A stretch of DNA of 64,000 nucleotides from an uncultured Bacillales bacterium (GCA_947302535.1 CAMYVX010000004.1:221-64220); one strand, 5' to 3'; counted from the first letter of the stretch, positions 39,034-50,825 are shown. Notes: generated from the sequence alone by a model not told the origin. Translations and numbers: made by a program.

Positions 39034-41430
39034 ATGGGATTTTTTGATAAAAGAATGCTAAAAAGATATAGCAAAGAAGCTGAGAAGGTTTTAGCACTTG
39101 AAGAAACAATGAAAGCTATGAGCGATGAAGATTTAAGAGCAAAGACTCCTTACTTCAAAGATTTATTAGCTCATGGAAAAACTTTAGATGATATTAAAGT
39201 AGAAGCATTCGCAGTTGCTCGTGAAGCTGCGAGAAGAACATTAGGCGAATTCCCTTACAAGGTCCAAATTATTGGTTCATTAGTTCTTCACGCTGGTGAT
39301 GTTGCAGAAATGAGAACCGGTGAAGGTAAAACCTTAACCGCCACAATGGCTGTTTATTTAAATGCTTTAGCAGGCAAAGGTGTTGAAGTTGTTACTGTAA
39401 ACGAATACTTATCAAAGCGTGACGCTGAATGGATGGGTCAAATTTATCGTTTCTTAGGTTTGACTGTTGGCGTTAACTTACGTGAAAAAACCACAAGTGA
39501 AAAACGCGAAGCTTATCTTTGCGATATTACATATACCACTAACTCTGAATTGGGTTTCGATTATCTTAGAGATAACATGGCGGTTGATATGGCACACCGT
39601 GTTTTAAGAGGGTTGAATTTCTGTATCGTCGATGAAGCTGACTCAATCTTAATCGATGAATCACGCACTCCTCTTATTATTTCTGGCGGTGCTCGTACTA
39701 GCGCATCCCAATACACAGTCGCTGATAGATTCTGTAAAGCCCTCAAAAAAGAAGTTGACTATGTGATCGACATTAAAGAAAAAACTGTCAATTTAACTGA
39801 AGAAGGTAATGCAAAAGCAGAAAAAATGTTCGGGATTAAGAATCTTTATGATCCAGAATACGCGGATTTAGTGCATAGAATTCATAACGCTTTAAAAGCC
39901 AACTACATCATGATTCGTGATGTTGATTATTTAGTTGATGGTGAAGGACAGGTGCAAATTATTGACCAATTCACAGGACGTGTTTTACCTGGCCGTGAAT
40001 GGTCTGATGGTTTACACCAAGCTGTTCAAGCTAAAGAAAACGTTACTATCAAACAAGAAACAGTAACTATGGCCACCATTACATATCAGAACTTCTTCCG
40101 TTTATTCAAGAAGGTTGCTGGTATGACTGGTACTGCAAAAACTGAAGAAGAAGAATTCCGTAAAATTTATAACATGCGCGTTATTTGCATACCTACGAAT
40201 AGACCAATCATTCGTAAAGATGCTTTAGACTATGTCTATGCCCATAAAGAACCAAAATTAAGAGCTTTAATTAAAGAGGTCAAAGAAAGACATGAAAAAG
40301 GTCAACCAATCTTAATTGGTACCGTTTCAGTCGAATCTTCTGAAGAGATTTCTAAAATGTTAACAGAAGCAGGATTACCTCATGAAATGTTAAACGCAAA
40401 AAACCATGCTCGCGAAGCGGAAATCATTGCTGATGCTGGTAAGAAAGGTCATATTACCTTAGCTACCAACATGGCTGGTCGTGGTACCGATATTAAGATT
40501 GATGACGAAGTCAGAGCCCTTGGTGGTTTATGTGTTTTTGGAACTGAAAGACATGAATCCAGGCGTATTGATAATCAGTTACGTGGACGTTCTGGACGTC
40601 AAGGTGATCCAGGATTCTCTCGTTTCTATGTTTCTTTCGATGACACTTTATTGGTGAGATTCGGTCAAGACAAAATGCGTGATTTTATCCAAAAACATTT
40701 TGGAGACGAAGCACTAGAAATGAAAACAGTTACTAACTTTATCACAAGCGCGCAGAAGAGAATTGAAGGTATGAACTTTGATACTCGTAAAAACTTACTT
40801 GATTACGATGATGTTTTAGCTAAACAAAGACAAATTGTCTATGACAAACGTGATCGTATCATCGAAGGCAAAGATATCAATGATATTATTGAAGAAGTAT
40901 TTGATACCACTGGTAAATTCTTAGCCGAAAAGGCAGTTCCTGTCGGTAGTAGTTCTAAAGTTGTTTCCGGTGAATTATTAGTCAAACAATTAGAACCACG
41001 TTTCTTACCCAATGGGTCAATTGTTAAAAGTTTATATGATGAAGCTCCAGTTGAAGATGTCGGAGCGGATTTAGGTGTTGTTTTACTCGATAGATATATT
41101 GAAAGACGTAGAGAATGGCCACAAGATATGGTCGAGAAAGTAACCCGTTCTATTGTTTTACACTGTATTGACCAAAACTGGACCAAACATATTGACGCGA
41201 TGGCGAGATTAAGAGAAGCCATTCACTTAAGAAGTTACGCTAACGTAAACCCACTTCAAGATTACGTCAATGAAGGTTATAGAATGTTTAAAGAATGTTT
41301 AGAATTAGCTTCTGTTGATGCTGTTTTAAATCTCTTAAATGTGAAGATTGAACCACGCCCAGTTGAAGAAGAGAAAAAAGACGTAGTTGCGGAAGTCGAT
41401 CCTAACGAAAAGAAGGATGAAGAGAAATAA
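39034..41430 (+). CDS. secA: Preprotein translocase ATPase SecA
   Basis: 798 aa with SecA motifs (MRTGEGKTLTATMAVYLNAL, DEADSILIDE). Confidence 0.97.
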   Translation: MGFFDKRMLKRYSKEAEKVLALEETMKAMSDEDLRAKTPYFKDLLAHGKTLDDIKVEAFAVAREAARRTLGEFPYKVQIIGSLVLHAGDVAEMRTGEGKTLTATMAVYLNALAGKGVEVVTVNEYLSKRDAEWMGQIYRFLGLTVGVNLREKTTSEKREAYLCDITYTTNSELGFDYLRDNMAVDMAHRVLRGLNFCIVDEADSILIDESRTPLIISGGARTSASQYTVADRFCKALKKEVDYVIDIKEKTVNLTEEGNAKAEKMFGIKNLYDPEYADLVHRIHNALKANYIMIRDVDYLVDGEGQVQIIDQFTGRVLPGREWSDGLHQAVQAKENVTIKQETVTMATITYQNFFRLFKKVAGMTGTAKTEEEEFRKIYNMRVICIPTNRPIIRKDALDYVYAHKEPKLRALIKEVKERHEKGQPILIGTVSVESSEEISKMLTEAGLPHEMLNAKNHAREAEIIADAGKKGHITLATNMAGRGTDIKIDDEVRALGGLCVFGTERHESRRIDNQLRGRSGRQGDPGFSRFYVSFDDTLLVRFGQDKMRDFIQKHFGDEALEMKTVTNFITSAQKRIEGMNFDTRKNLLDYDDVLAKQRQIVYDKRDRIIEGKDINDIIEEVFDTTGKFLAEKAVPVGSSSKVVSGELLVKQLEPRFLPNGSIVKSLYDEAPVEDVGADLGVVLLDRYIERRREWPQDMVEKVTRSIVLHCIDQNWTKHIDAMARLREAIHLRSYANVNPLQDYVNEGYRMFKECLELASVDAVLNLLNVKIEPRPVEEEKKDVVAEVDPNEKKDEEK

Positions 41431-42534
41431 TGAAAGACATTGCTACTTTAAAACAAGAGCTTTGTGCTGTTGGTGAGTTAATCCATCAACTCGGGTCTTC
41501 TCTTTGACTTCGATAAGTTTGAAAAAGAAATAAATGAATTAACCATAATCAGCGAGAAAGAAGACTTTTGGGACAATTCAAAAGATGCTTTAAGCACGAT
41601 TTCTCGTTTGAATTATTGCAAAGATATTGTAGGAAAAATGTCCAAATTACGGTCAAATTACCAAGATTTGGAAGAATTATTGTCTCTTGATGATGATTCG
41701 ATTTTAGACCAACTTGAAGTTTCATTAAACCAATTAAAAGAGGAAAGTAAAGACTTTGAACTTCAGATTCTTTTCACTGGTGAGTTTGATGATTTAAATG
41801 CAATTTTAGAAATCCATCCAGGTGCTGGTGGAACAGAGGCGCAAGACTGGGCAGACATGCTTTATCGTATGTATACGTTTTATGCTGAGTCTCATAAATT
41901 GAAGATATCATTAATCTATTTAGAGGCTGGTGAAGAAGCTGGAATTAAATCTGTTACATTTAAAATTTCAGGTAAACACGCTTATGGTTTACTTAAAGGA
42001 GAAAAAGGCGTACATAGGTTAGTTCGTATATCTCCATTTGATGCGAATAAACGTCGTCATACATCTTTTGCTTCTGTTAATGTTGTTCCTGAATTTAAAA
42101 ACGACAGCATTGATATTCAAATTGCTGATAGCGAACTTAAAATTGATACCTATAGGAGTGGTGGAGCAGGCGGCCAAAATGTTAATAAAGTGGAAACTGC
42201 TGTCCGTATTACCCATCTTCCGACAGGTATTGTTGTGTCATGCCAAATTGAACGTTCTCAATTACTCAACAAAGAGACCGCTATGTCGATGCTTAAAGGT
42301 AAACTGTATCTTCTTGAATTAGAGAAAAGACAAAATAAGCTTAATTCAATTGTGGGAGAGAAAAAGAATATTGAATGGGGTAGTCAAATCCGTTCATATG
42401 TTTTCTGTCCATACACATTAGTGAAAGATAACCGCACTAATTACGAAGAGACCGATGTTGATAATGTTATGAATGGTGGTATTGATAACTTTATCTATGC
42501 ATATCTACAAATGGAGGCAAAGAATAATGTCTAA
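41430..42534 (+). CDS. prfB: Peptide chain release factor 2, made by a programmed +1 ribosomal frameshift
   Basis: Frame 0 (41430..41504) encodes [25 protein letters not shown] and runs into CTT TGA C at 41502..41508. The +1 frame from 41506 continues [12 protein letters not shown]… into the 308-aa RF2 body, which carries the GGQ and SPF motifs. The ATG shares its A with the secA stop codon (overlap at 41430). The expressed product is join(41430..41504,41506..42534). Confidence 0.92.
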
Positions 42535-43474
42535 CATCAAAATGTATTTAAAAAAGAATATGACTGGATTCATTTATGTCCTTTTAGGTTCTATCCTTTT
42601 AGCTTTTGGCACTGCTATCTTCTTAACAAACTTAGAGATTAATGCTGGTGGTCTTAGTGGACTTGGTATTGTTATTCAAAAGATCATCAATCATTCCACT
42701 GGTAGCAATACAAAGATTATTGACTTCTTTGTTTTGGGGTTAACATGGGTCTTCTGGTTTATTGGTTTAATCTTTATTGGTAAAGACTTTGCTTTAAAGA
42801 CATTGTTATCATCTATATTGTTCCCATTATTCTTATCACTATTCTATAGAATAGATATATTTAATTCTTGGTCTGAATCTATTTCTGGAATTGCTAATGG
42901 AGCCGCTCCTACACCTGGCAATTATTTATTATGTGCTTTATTCGGTGGCACTTTTATTGGAGCTGGTGTAGCTTTAACATTTATCGGTGGAGGTTCTACT
43001 GGTGGTGTTGATGTTTTAATCTTCCTTATGGAAAAACATTTAAGGATTAAAGAGTCAGTGGCTTGCTTCCTTATTGATGGAGTAATTGTTTTATTCGGTA
43101 TTATCGTATTTGCTATCTATAGAGAAAACTTAATTCCTTCATTATGTGGTATGCTTTCAGCATTTATTACAGCGTTGATGATTGAACATGTTTATATTGG
43201 CAATCAAACAAGCTATCAAGTTGATATCATTTCTGATAAGTGGGAAGAGATTTCTCGCTTTGCTCAAGATGAGCTTGAAAGAGGCGCGACAATTATCAGA
43301 GCGGAAGGTGGATATAAGGGTGACCCACGTGTTATTCTTCGTATTGTTTTCGATAAAAGACAATATAAATTAATCCGTCGTTACATCGCTAAAGTCGATC
43401 CAAAAGCCTTTGTTACATTTACTCAAACTAATGCTGTTTATGGTGAAGGTTTTAAGAAAAATAGCAAGGAATAA
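42527..43474 (+). CDS. YitT-family membrane protein (DUF161 plus DUF2179)
   Basis: Preferred start MSNIKMY has the RBS GGAGG upstream; the track start at 42473 overlaps prfB. Multi-TM N-terminal region and a C-terminal DUF2179-like domain. Confidence 0.75.
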   Translation: MSNIKMYLKKNMTGFIYVLLGSILLAFGTAIFLTNLEINAGGLSGLGIVIQKIINHSTGSNTKIIDFFVLGLTWVFWFIGLIFIGKDFALKTLLSSILFPLFLSLFYRIDIFNSWSESISGIANGAAPTPGNYLLCALFGGTFIGAGVALTFIGGGSTGGVDVLIFLMEKHLRIKESVACFLIDGVIVLFGIIVFAIYRENLIPSLCGMLSAFITALMIEHVYIGNQTSYQVDIISDKWEEISRFAQDELERGATIIRAEGGYKGDPRVILRIVFDKRQYKLIRRYIAKVDPKAFVTFTQTNAVYGEGFKKNSKE

Positions 43475-43494
43475 TATAGTTTTTTTGATATTTT

Positions 43495-45468
43495 ATGCCT
43501 AAATTTGAGATAGTTTCTCCTTATAAACCAACTGGTGATCAACCTGAAGCCATTAATAAATTAGTTGATGGAATTTTAACCAAGAAACAATTTCAAGTTT
43601 TATTAGGGGCAACGGGAACTGGCAAAACTTTTACGATGGCTAACGTCATTGAAAGAGTGCAAAAACCAACACTTGTTTTAGTTCATAACAAAACCCTCGC
43701 GGGTCAGCTTTATTCCGAATTCAAAGAACTCTTCCCTCACAATAGGGTTGAGTATTTTATTTCTAACTTTGATTTTTATCAACCTGAAGCTTATATACCA
43801 TCAAGCGACACATATATTGATAAGAATGCGGTCATGAATGATGAAATCGAAATGATGAGAACATCTGCGATTAATTCAGTTTTAGAAAGAGAGGACACTA
43901 TTGTAGTAGCCTCAGTGGCCTCTATCTATGGTTTAACTGATCCTGATGAATATCGTAACTTAGTCTTTAATATTCGAGTGGGCGAAACTATCAATCGTAG
44001 TGAGTTTTTCAAAAAACTCGTTGATGCTCAATATAAAAGAAATAACATGGATGCTGCTCCAGGGACTTTTAGAGTTCGTGGGGATTTAATTGAAATCGTT
44101 CCCGCTAGTTTTGAAAATAATCACGTTATCCGAATCGATACTTTTGGAGACGAAGTGGAAAAGATTATGGAAGTTGATTTATTAAGTGGCCAAATCCTTC
44201 ATAGCTATCGTACTTATCCTATATTCCCTGCTTATGATCATGCTTCTACTAGAGAAAGAATTAAAGAAGCTTGCGTTGGTATTAAAGAAGAACTAAAAGA
44301 GAGATTAGTGTTCTTTAAAGAACAAGGCAAATTATTAGAGGCCGAAAGATTAGAAATGAGAACTAATCAAGATGTTGAAAATATGGAAGAATTTGGTATG
44401 TGCCCTGGTATTGAAAACTATTCACGTCATATCGATAAACGTCTTCCCGGGCAAAGGCCATTCTGTTTATTAGATTATTTTCCAAAAGACTTCCTGCTTT
44501 TTGTTGATGAATCTCATGTTTCCTTACCACAAGTTAGAGGTATGTATAACGGAGATAGAGCGAGAAAGACAAATCTAGTAGATTATGGTTTTAGACTACC
44601 TTCTGCTTTAGATAATAGACCACTTAATTTTGAAGAATTTGAATCATTAATGCCTCAAACCATATGTACAAGTGCCACTCCTGGAGATTATGAATTAGAT
44701 AAAGCTCATCATGAAGTAGTGGAACAAATCATTCGTCCAACTGGTTTATTAGATCCAAGGATTGAAGTAAGACCAACATTGGGTCAAATCAATGATTTGA
44801 TTAGCGAAATTCAAAAAAGAAATAAGAACAATGAAAGAACAATGATTGTGACTTTGACTGTTCGTATGGCGGAAGATTTAACTAACTATCTTAAAGAAAG
44901 AGGAATTAAGGTTGTTTATCTCCATCATGAAACTAAGACGCTTGAGAGAAGTGAAGTCATCTATCAATTAAGAAAAGGCAAATATGATGTCCTTGTCGGT
45001 ATCAACTTATTAAGAGAAGGTCTAGATATACCTGAAGTTTCTTTAATCTGTATTTTAGATGCGGATAAAGAAGGATTCTTAAGAAGCACAAGATCTTTAA
45101 TTCAGATAGTTGGAAGAGCTGCAAGAAATGAACATGGTTTAGTTATTATGTATGCGGATACAATAACTGATTCTATGAAAGAGGCTATTAATGAAACTCA
45201 AAGAAGAAGACAAATTCAAGCTGAATATAATTCCTTAAATGGAATTATTCCTCGAACTGTTTATAAAGAAATACGCGCTCCAATTCACATTAGTGATAAT
45301 GATGATTTCGAAGAAATGAACACTTTAATTAAGAAAGGTTCACGTCAAGAAATTAACGCGAAGATTAAAGAACTTGAAAAACAAATGAAGCAAGCCGCTC
45401 ATGATTTTGAATTTGAGCATGCCGCGGAATTAAGAGATATTATTTTGGAATTAAAAGCGAGTTTGTAA
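43495..45468 (+). CDS. uvrB: Excinuclease ABC subunit B
   Basis: 657 aa with Walker A motif GATGTGKT, helicase motifs and a C-terminal UVR domain. Confidence 0.97.
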   Translation: MPKFEIVSPYKPTGDQPEAINKLVDGILTKKQFQVLLGATGTGKTFTMANVIERVQKPTLVLVHNKTLAGQLYSEFKELFPHNRVEYFISNFDFYQPEAYIPSSDTYIDKNAVMNDEIEMMRTSAINSVLEREDTIVVASVASIYGLTDPDEYRNLVFNIRVGETINRSEFFKKLVDAQYKRNNMDAAPGTFRVRGDLIEIVPASFENNHVIRIDTFGDEVEKIMEVDLLSGQILHSYRTYPIFPAYDHASTRERIKEACVGIKEELKERLVFFKEQGKLLEAERLEMRTNQDVENMEEFGMCPGIENYSRHIDKRLPGQRPFCLLDYFPKDFLLFVDESHVSLPQVRGMYNGDRARKTNLVDYGFRLPSALDNRPLNFEEFESLMPQTICTSATPGDYELDKAHHEVVEQIIRPTGLLDPRIEVRPTLGQINDLISEIQKRNKNNERTMIVTLTVRMAEDLTNYLKERGIKVVYLHHETKTLERSEVIYQLRKGKYDVLVGINLLREGLDIPEVSLICILDADKEGFLRSTRSLIQIVGRAARNEHGLVIMYADTITDSMKEAINETQRRRQIQAEYNSLNGIIPRTVYKEIRAPIHISDNDDFEEMNTLIKKGSRQEINAKIKELEKQMKQAAHDFEFEHAAELRDIILELKASL

Positions 45469-45542
45469 TATAAAACATTTGATTTATCAAACACTTTTCT
45501 ATATGATTAATAACGCATTAAAGAAGAAAGGAAGTAGACCTT

Positions 45543-45767
45543 ATGCAATGGTATGATTGGATTTTAATCTCTATCTCAATTGGTATTATCATTCTTTGTT
45601 TATTGCAAGGTGGTAAATCCGAAGGTGCTTCTGGTGCGATTACAGGTGGTGGCCTTAACGTCTTTGTGAAAACAAAAGAAAGAGGTGCGGAGAAAGTTGT
45701 TTCTATTCTCACATTAATCGCCGTCGCTATCTTCTTCTTAGTGACACTCATCATTGAGTTACAATAA
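45543..45767 (+). CDS. secG: Preprotein translocase subunit SecG
   Basis: 74 aa, two TM helices, with the Gly-rich loop LLQGGKSEGASGAITGGG. Confidence 0.8.
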   Translation: MQWYDWILISISIGIIILCLLQGGKSEGASGAITGGGLNVFVKTKERGAEKVVSILTLIAVAIFFLVTLIIELQ

Positions 45768-45791
45768 AATTCGCTTCGGCGATTTTTTATT

Positions 45792-45832
45792 TATAAAAAA
45801 AGATCCATTTTATTTGGATCTTTTCTTTTTTG
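45792..45832. terminator. Bidirectional intrinsic terminator between secG and the convergent membrane-protein gene
   Basis: AGATCCA-TTTTATT-TGGATCT hairpin flanked by an A-run and a T-run. Confidence 0.75.
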
Positions 45833-46460
45833 TGATTTCCTTAGGTTCTTCTATAGCCTCTATTGGTTCATTATCTTTTGGCTTTCTAAATCCATAGAAT
45901 AATCCATAAACAAAGAAGACTAAACCAACTAGTGCAATAACCGCAGCGACTGAACCATAAATCCATTTTAAGGTATCGCTCTTATTATTAACTAAGATGA
46001 CACCTAATGTTAATGTAATAGCCCCAAAGACAAGATAAACAATCCAGGCTTTATAGTTTTGCCTTGTTTCTTCTCCCAAAAGGAGACACAAAGTAAGAAT
46101 CAAGCAAGCACCACCAATACCAATTAAGGTATATGGGACTAAATATAAAACAATGCTTTCAAGCCATGTAGAGACTTCTTCAAAACATAAGGTAATACCT
46201 AAACCAATGGATGAACCTGCGCTGATGAAGGCTCCAGCAGCTCCTGCTGTTTTACTTTTAAAAACATTAACGATTCCGGATAAAAGAAGGATGGTGGCGA
46301 ATAAGAAGAAATAAACGGCTAATAGAATGCAAAGAGCATAAGTAATCTTATGATTTTCATTTTTGGTTAAAACAAACCAAATAGCCAATCCTCCTAAAGC
46401 CATCAAAGCCGCTCCGAGAATTAAGAATAACCATTTATGTTTTAAAAATAAGTTTTTCAT
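45810..46460 (-). CDS. Hypothetical polytopic membrane protein
   Basis: 216 aa, about 6 hydrophobic helices, with a basic C-terminal tail. Confidence 0.55.
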   Translation of the reverse strand: MKNLFLKHKWLFLILGAALMALGGLAIWFVLTKNENHKITYALCILLAVYFFLFATILLLSGIVNVFKSKTAGAAGAFISAGSSIGLGITLCFEEVSTWLESIVLYLVPYTLIGIGGACLILTLCLLLGEETRQNYKAWIVYLVFGAITLTLGVILVNNKSDTLKWIYGSVAAVIALVGLVFFVYGLFYGFRKPKDNEPIEAIEEPKEITKKKRSK

Positions 46461-46545
46461 GTTTAAGATTATAATCTTTAAAAAATGATAATTCTATAAG
46501 ATGTAACAAAGTTGTTACAATATATGGGCATATGGAGGTGCATAT

Positions 46546-47772
46546 ATGAACCAAGAATTATTAAATGAATACGCAAAACTAATTGTTAACATTGGTGCTC
46601 ATGTTCAAAAAGGAGAAATAGTGTGGATTAATGCTCAATTAGATCAACCAGACTTTATCACCACATTAACTGAAGAATGTTATAAAGCAGGCGCTAAAGA
46701 AGTATTGGTAAGATGGAGTAGTGACCAAATTAGTAAACTCCATTATAAATATCAAAGTGTGGACACTTTAGGAAGTGTCGACTCCATGGCTTTAGCTAGA
46801 TATAAATACATGTTAAAGAAGTTACCAACAATGATTCATATCATCTCCGAAGACCCAGATGCTTTAAAAGGCGTTAATCAAAATAAATTAAGTAAGGCAA
46901 GACAAAAGTCATATCCAAAACTCAAGAAGTATTACGATATGATGGACGGCAAATATAAATGGTGTATCGCCGCTGTTCCAGGTAAGGCTTGGGCGAAGAA
47001 AGTCTTCCCTTCTTTAAATGAAAATGAAGCAATAGAAAAGTTGTGGGAATCTATTCTATTAACATCAAGAGTGGAGCCCAATAAAACGATAAGCAATTGG
47101 GAAGAACATAACAAAATTCTCATTGAAAAACGCGAAAAACTCATTAAAATGCGCTTAAAATCACTAAAATATAAAGAAAATAATGGTACAGACTTCTTTG
47201 TTGAACTTGATCCAAATAGACTTTGGGGAGCGGGTGTTGAAGTGGCGCCTAATAAGGGAGTATATAATCCTAATATTCCAACTGAAGAAGTATTTACCAG
47301 CCCAATTTGCGGAAAGTGTGAAGGTAAACTTGTTGCCTCTTTACCCCTTTCTTATAACGGGGAACTAATTGAAGATTTCACTATTACTTTTGAAAACGGA
47401 AAGGTCAAAGAAGTAACCGCTAAGAAGAACCAAAAACTTTTAGAAGAGATGGTCCATATGGATGAAGGGGCCTCAATGTTAGGAGAGGTTGCTCTTGTTC
47501 CTTTTGAATCACCAATTAATAAAACTGGCATTCTTTTCTATAATACTCTATTTGATGAAAATGCTGTTTGCCATGTGGCTTTAGGTAGAGGCTTTGTGGA
47601 GCTTGTTCCGGGTGGAGATAAGATGAGTCAAGATGAACTAAAAGCAGCAGGACTAAATTCCTCAATGATACATGTTGACTTTATGATTGGAACACGTGAT
47701 TTATCAATTATTGGTGTTACTGAACAAGGCCAAGAAATACAAATATTTAAAGATGGCACTTGGGCTATATGA
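46546..47772 (+). CDS. ampS: M29-family aminopeptidase (AmpS/PepS-like)
   Basis: 408 aa with an N-terminus (LLNEYAKLIVNIGAHVQKGE) typical of the thermophilic metalloprotease M29 family. Confidence 0.8.
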   Translation: MNQELLNEYAKLIVNIGAHVQKGEIVWINAQLDQPDFITTLTEECYKAGAKEVLVRWSSDQISKLHYKYQSVDTLGSVDSMALARYKYMLKKLPTMIHIISEDPDALKGVNQNKLSKARQKSYPKLKKYYDMMDGKYKWCIAAVPGKAWAKKVFPSLNENEAIEKLWESILLTSRVEPNKTISNWEEHNKILIEKREKLIKMRLKSLKYKENNGTDFFVELDPNRLWGAGVEVAPNKGVYNPNIPTEEVFTSPICGKCEGKLVASLPLSYNGELIEDFTITFENGKVKEVTAKKNQKLLEEMVHMDEGASMLGEVALVPFESPINKTGILFYNTLFDENAVCHVALGRGFVELVPGGDKMSQDELKAAGLNSSMIHVDFMIGTRDLSIIGVTEQGQEIQIFKDGTWAI

Positions 47773-48076
47773 TTTTTAAATCATATATTTCTGAGAATTT
47801 GATAGTCAAAGAATCAATAGTTAAAAGTTGATGATTAAAGGCGTCGACTTTTTTGATATATGTATTTATTTCGTTTTTACGGTTATTACGGAAATATTTG
47901 ATATTCACTTCTTCACCTTTATAATTGCTCAATATTTCATTAATCTCTTCCGCTCTTTCGTTTGAGATAAGAGGTTTAGTTTCTACATTCTTCTTATTAG
48001 CGGTTTTGCTTAAGGAGTCCTGCTGTTCGACAAGTGACTTATAAGCATTCCATTTTTTAATTCCGCGGTCACTCAT
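47765..48076 (-). CDS. YolD-like protein
   Basis: 103-aa ORF. Its start overlaps the stop of the upstream Y-family polymerase gene. Confidence 0.6.
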   Translation of the reverse strand: MSDRGIKKWNAYKSLVEQQDSLSKTANKKNVETKPLISNERAEEINEILSNYKGEEVNIKYFRNNRKNEINTYIKKVDAFNHQLLTIDSLTIKFSEIYDLKII

Positions 48077-49314
48077 CTTTTGTGCCCTCCTATTTGTCCA
48101 TGTCTTTCTTTAATCGTGCTATTCTCCGTTAAGGCGCTAGCTCTTAATAATATATTGTTACCATAAATCTTCTTAGCTTTATCAATAGCTAGTTGCAGAT
48201 TGTAATTATCAATTTGATCTTTTAAATCTTCAAAGACATTGAGCTGTTGATAGTGGGCTTTACTTAAGTGAGAAAAGCCTAAATGTACCCCTCTAATAGG
48301 TTTATCTTGTATATGTTTTTTAAATATTTCCATTAATGCTTTATAAAGTACATCTTGGTCACTTGTTTGTGAAAGAAGCGACATTTGTGAAGAAAATCCC
48401 CCAGAATTGCCGGAATATTGAATAGTTAATGATACTACCCCAGCGGTTTTATTCTCGTTTCTAAGACGGAAAGTTAAGTCATCACACATCTCACGAATGA
48501 TAAGTGGAATATTCTTTTTGTTATAGTCTTTGAAGAGGACTTGTCCGATGGATAAACTTTTTTCAGCTGGTTCATATTCTTCATGCATGTCTGATTCATC
48601 GTTTCCATTAGCGTGTTCATATAACTGTTCACCCATGATACCAAATTTCATAATGAGATAATCTTTTTCAGAATTAGCGATATCACCCACGGTGAATAGA
48701 CCTAATTGGTTAAGCTTTCTTTCGCTTCGTTCACCTATACCCCAAACTTTGTTTAAAGGAGTGATGGGCCAGAGTTTAGTTTTTATCTCATCCTTATGAA
48801 GGATACCGATCCCTTCTTTATCTTTTTTAGCGTATATATCTAGAGCCACTTTTGCTAAGAACATATTGTCTCCAATTCCGGCTGTAGCAAATAGGCCTGT
48901 CTTTTCTTTAATTCTTGCTAATATTGTTTTTGTGAGTGCGAGCGCGTCTTTTTTGTAATAGGAAAGATAAGTAGTGATATCTAAGAATGCTTCGTCGATT
49001 GAGTAGACATGAATATCTTCTTCAGAGACAAATTCTAAAAAGACATTAATGACTTCACACGATCTTTCTATATACCTCTCCATCCTCGGTGTTGCATAAA
49101 TATAGTCATATCCAGGAGGTAGTTCCTTTACTCTTAATCTAGAAGGAATGCCTTTAGATTTTAAAAATGGAGAGACGGACAAAACAATCGTGTTTTTTCC
49201 TCTTTCTTTATCCGCGACCACTAAAGGAGTAGTCCAAGGGTCTAGACCACGGTCAAGACATTCCACAAAGGAATAGAAAGCTTTTAAATCAATAACAATA
49301 ATTGTCCTCTCCAT
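48073..49314 (-). CDS. Y-family translesion DNA polymerase (UmuC/DinB-like)
   Basis: N-terminal IDLKAFYSFVE motif of the ImpB/MucB/SamB family, 413 aa. Confidence 0.85.
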   Translation of the reverse strand: MERTIIVIDLKAFYSFVECLDRGLDPWTTPLVVADKERGKNTIVLSVSPFLKSKGIPSRLRVKELPPGYDYIYATPRMERYIERSCEVINVFLEFVSEEDIHVYSIDEAFLDITTYLSYYKKDALALTKTILARIKEKTGLFATAGIGDNMFLAKVALDIYAKKDKEGIGILHKDEIKTKLWPITPLNKVWGIGERSERKLNQLGLFTVGDIANSEKDYLIMKFGIMGEQLYEHANGNDESDMHEEYEPAEKSLSIGQVLFKDYNKKNIPLIIREMCDDLTFRLRNENKTAGVVSLTIQYSGNSGGFSSQMSLLSQTSDQDVLYKALMEIFKKHIQDKPIRGVHLGFSHLSKAHYQQLNVFEDLKDQIDNYNLQLAIDKAKKIYGNNILLRASALTENSTIKERHGQIGGHKR

Positions 49315-49534
49315 AGTGTCAATATTATATAGAAAGAAGAATAATTTTACATTAGTAAACTCTCTTATTTGTCATAATTCATTAAACAAAATAACCTTCA
49401 TTATCAATGTCTCTATATAAACGAAACAACATACATTGAAATATATAAAATTTATACAGTGAAAAAGTTTTCAAAAAAGATAAAAAGAGAGCCTTAAGAT
49501 TGCTATAATGTTAACAAGCATTTTGGAGGTCTTT

Positions 49535-50755
49535 ATGGAAATTATCATCATCGTTCTTTCTATCTTAATTCTTATAGGCTTAATCGTTATTTTTGTTTTA
49601 CTTCTTAAGAACAACAAGAAGAGTGTTGAAGTCACTCCTTCTAGTGTTGATTTAAAAGAACTTGGGGCGATTCAAAAGCAGATAGAGCTTCTATCTAACC
49701 AAATGAAAAGCGATATTGAACTTGCTGTTTCTAAAGAGATGAATAAAGTTAATGAACAATCATTAAAGACTAGTGAAAACCAAAATGAGAAGCTTGAAAG
49801 ATTTCAAAGAAATATCAATGAGTCTTTTGAAATGAAGTTTGAATCTTTAAATCGTCAAATTAACGACAAGTTAAAAGAGATGAATGAAAAGGTCGATAAT
49901 AAACTCGCTGAAGGCTTTAAAGGGACAACAGAAACCATTGCCCAAGTTAGAGAAAGACTCCAGGCTATTGATGACGCGCAAAAGAATATTGAAAATCTCT
50001 CTAAGGATGTTGTTTCCTTAAAGACTGTTCTTGAAGGTAACCAAAGCCGTGGACAATATGGAGAATATCAGTTAAGCATGGTGCTTCACAATGTCTTTGG
50101 CGACACGATTGGTTGCTATGAAGAACAATATACGATGAAAAGAGTCAAAGATGGAAATGATGTCCGCGCGGACGCAGTGGTGTTTATGCCTGAACCAAAT
50201 AAAATGATCTGTATTGACTCTAAATTCCCATTCCAAGATTACTCTCGTTTACTCGACGCTGATAGTAGTGAAGAAAGAGAAAACTTAAAAAAAGAGTTCG
50301 GAAATGCCGTAAAAAAGCATATTACTACGATAAAAGACAAATATATTGTGGAAGGTAAGACCGCTCCTGAAGCATTAATGTTTATTCCTAATGATGGTGT
50401 TTTTGCCTTCATTCATCATGAGTTAGAAGATGTTGTTGACTATGCCCGAGAAAGAAGAGTCATTCTCACCTCTCCTAGCACATTGCCCGCTATTCTATTG
50501 ACTATTAACATGGTGAAGATTGAAGTTGAAAGAGCAAAGAATGTAAGAGAGATATCTAAACATCTTAGTCGTTTAGGAAAAGACTTTGAAATGTTTGGAC
50601 GTGAGTGGGAACAATTCTCTAGCCAATTAGCGCTCGCTGGTAGAACTCGTGAAAAACTTAATACTCGCGTAGAGAAGATTTCCTCAAAATTTGAAAGTAT
50701 CTCTTCTTCCTCCCCTATGCTAGAAGACAATCTTTCTGATGATATCAATGATTAG
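49535..50755 (+). CDS. rmuC: DNA recombination protein RmuC
   Basis: N-terminal TM helix, coiled-coil region and a C-terminal RmuC nuclease-like domain. Preferred start is MEIIII… at 49535 with the RBS GGAGG upstream; the track starts at 49508. A TATAAT box lies at 49504..49509. Confidence 0.8.
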   Translation: MEIIIIVLSILILIGLIVIFVLLLKNNKKSVEVTPSSVDLKELGAIQKQIELLSNQMKSDIELAVSKEMNKVNEQSLKTSENQNEKLERFQRNINESFEMKFESLNRQINDKLKEMNEKVDNKLAEGFKGTTETIAQVRERLQAIDDAQKNIENLSKDVVSLKTVLEGNQSRGQYGEYQLSMVLHNVFGDTIGCYEEQYTMKRVKDGNDVRADAVVFMPEPNKMICIDSKFPFQDYSRLLDADSSEERENLKKEFGNAVKKHITTIKDKYIVEGKTAPEALMFIPNDGVFAFIHHELEDVVDYARERRVILTSPSTLPAILLTINMVKIEVERAKNVREISKHLSRLGKDFEMFGREWEQFSSQLALAGRTREKLNTRVEKISSKFESISSSSPMLEDNLSDDIND

Positions 50756-50825
50756 CAAGCAACTTGCTGAAGCGTAATAAATATTGTAGATATTTTTGTT
50801 CAAATATCTTAAGATTATATGCGCT

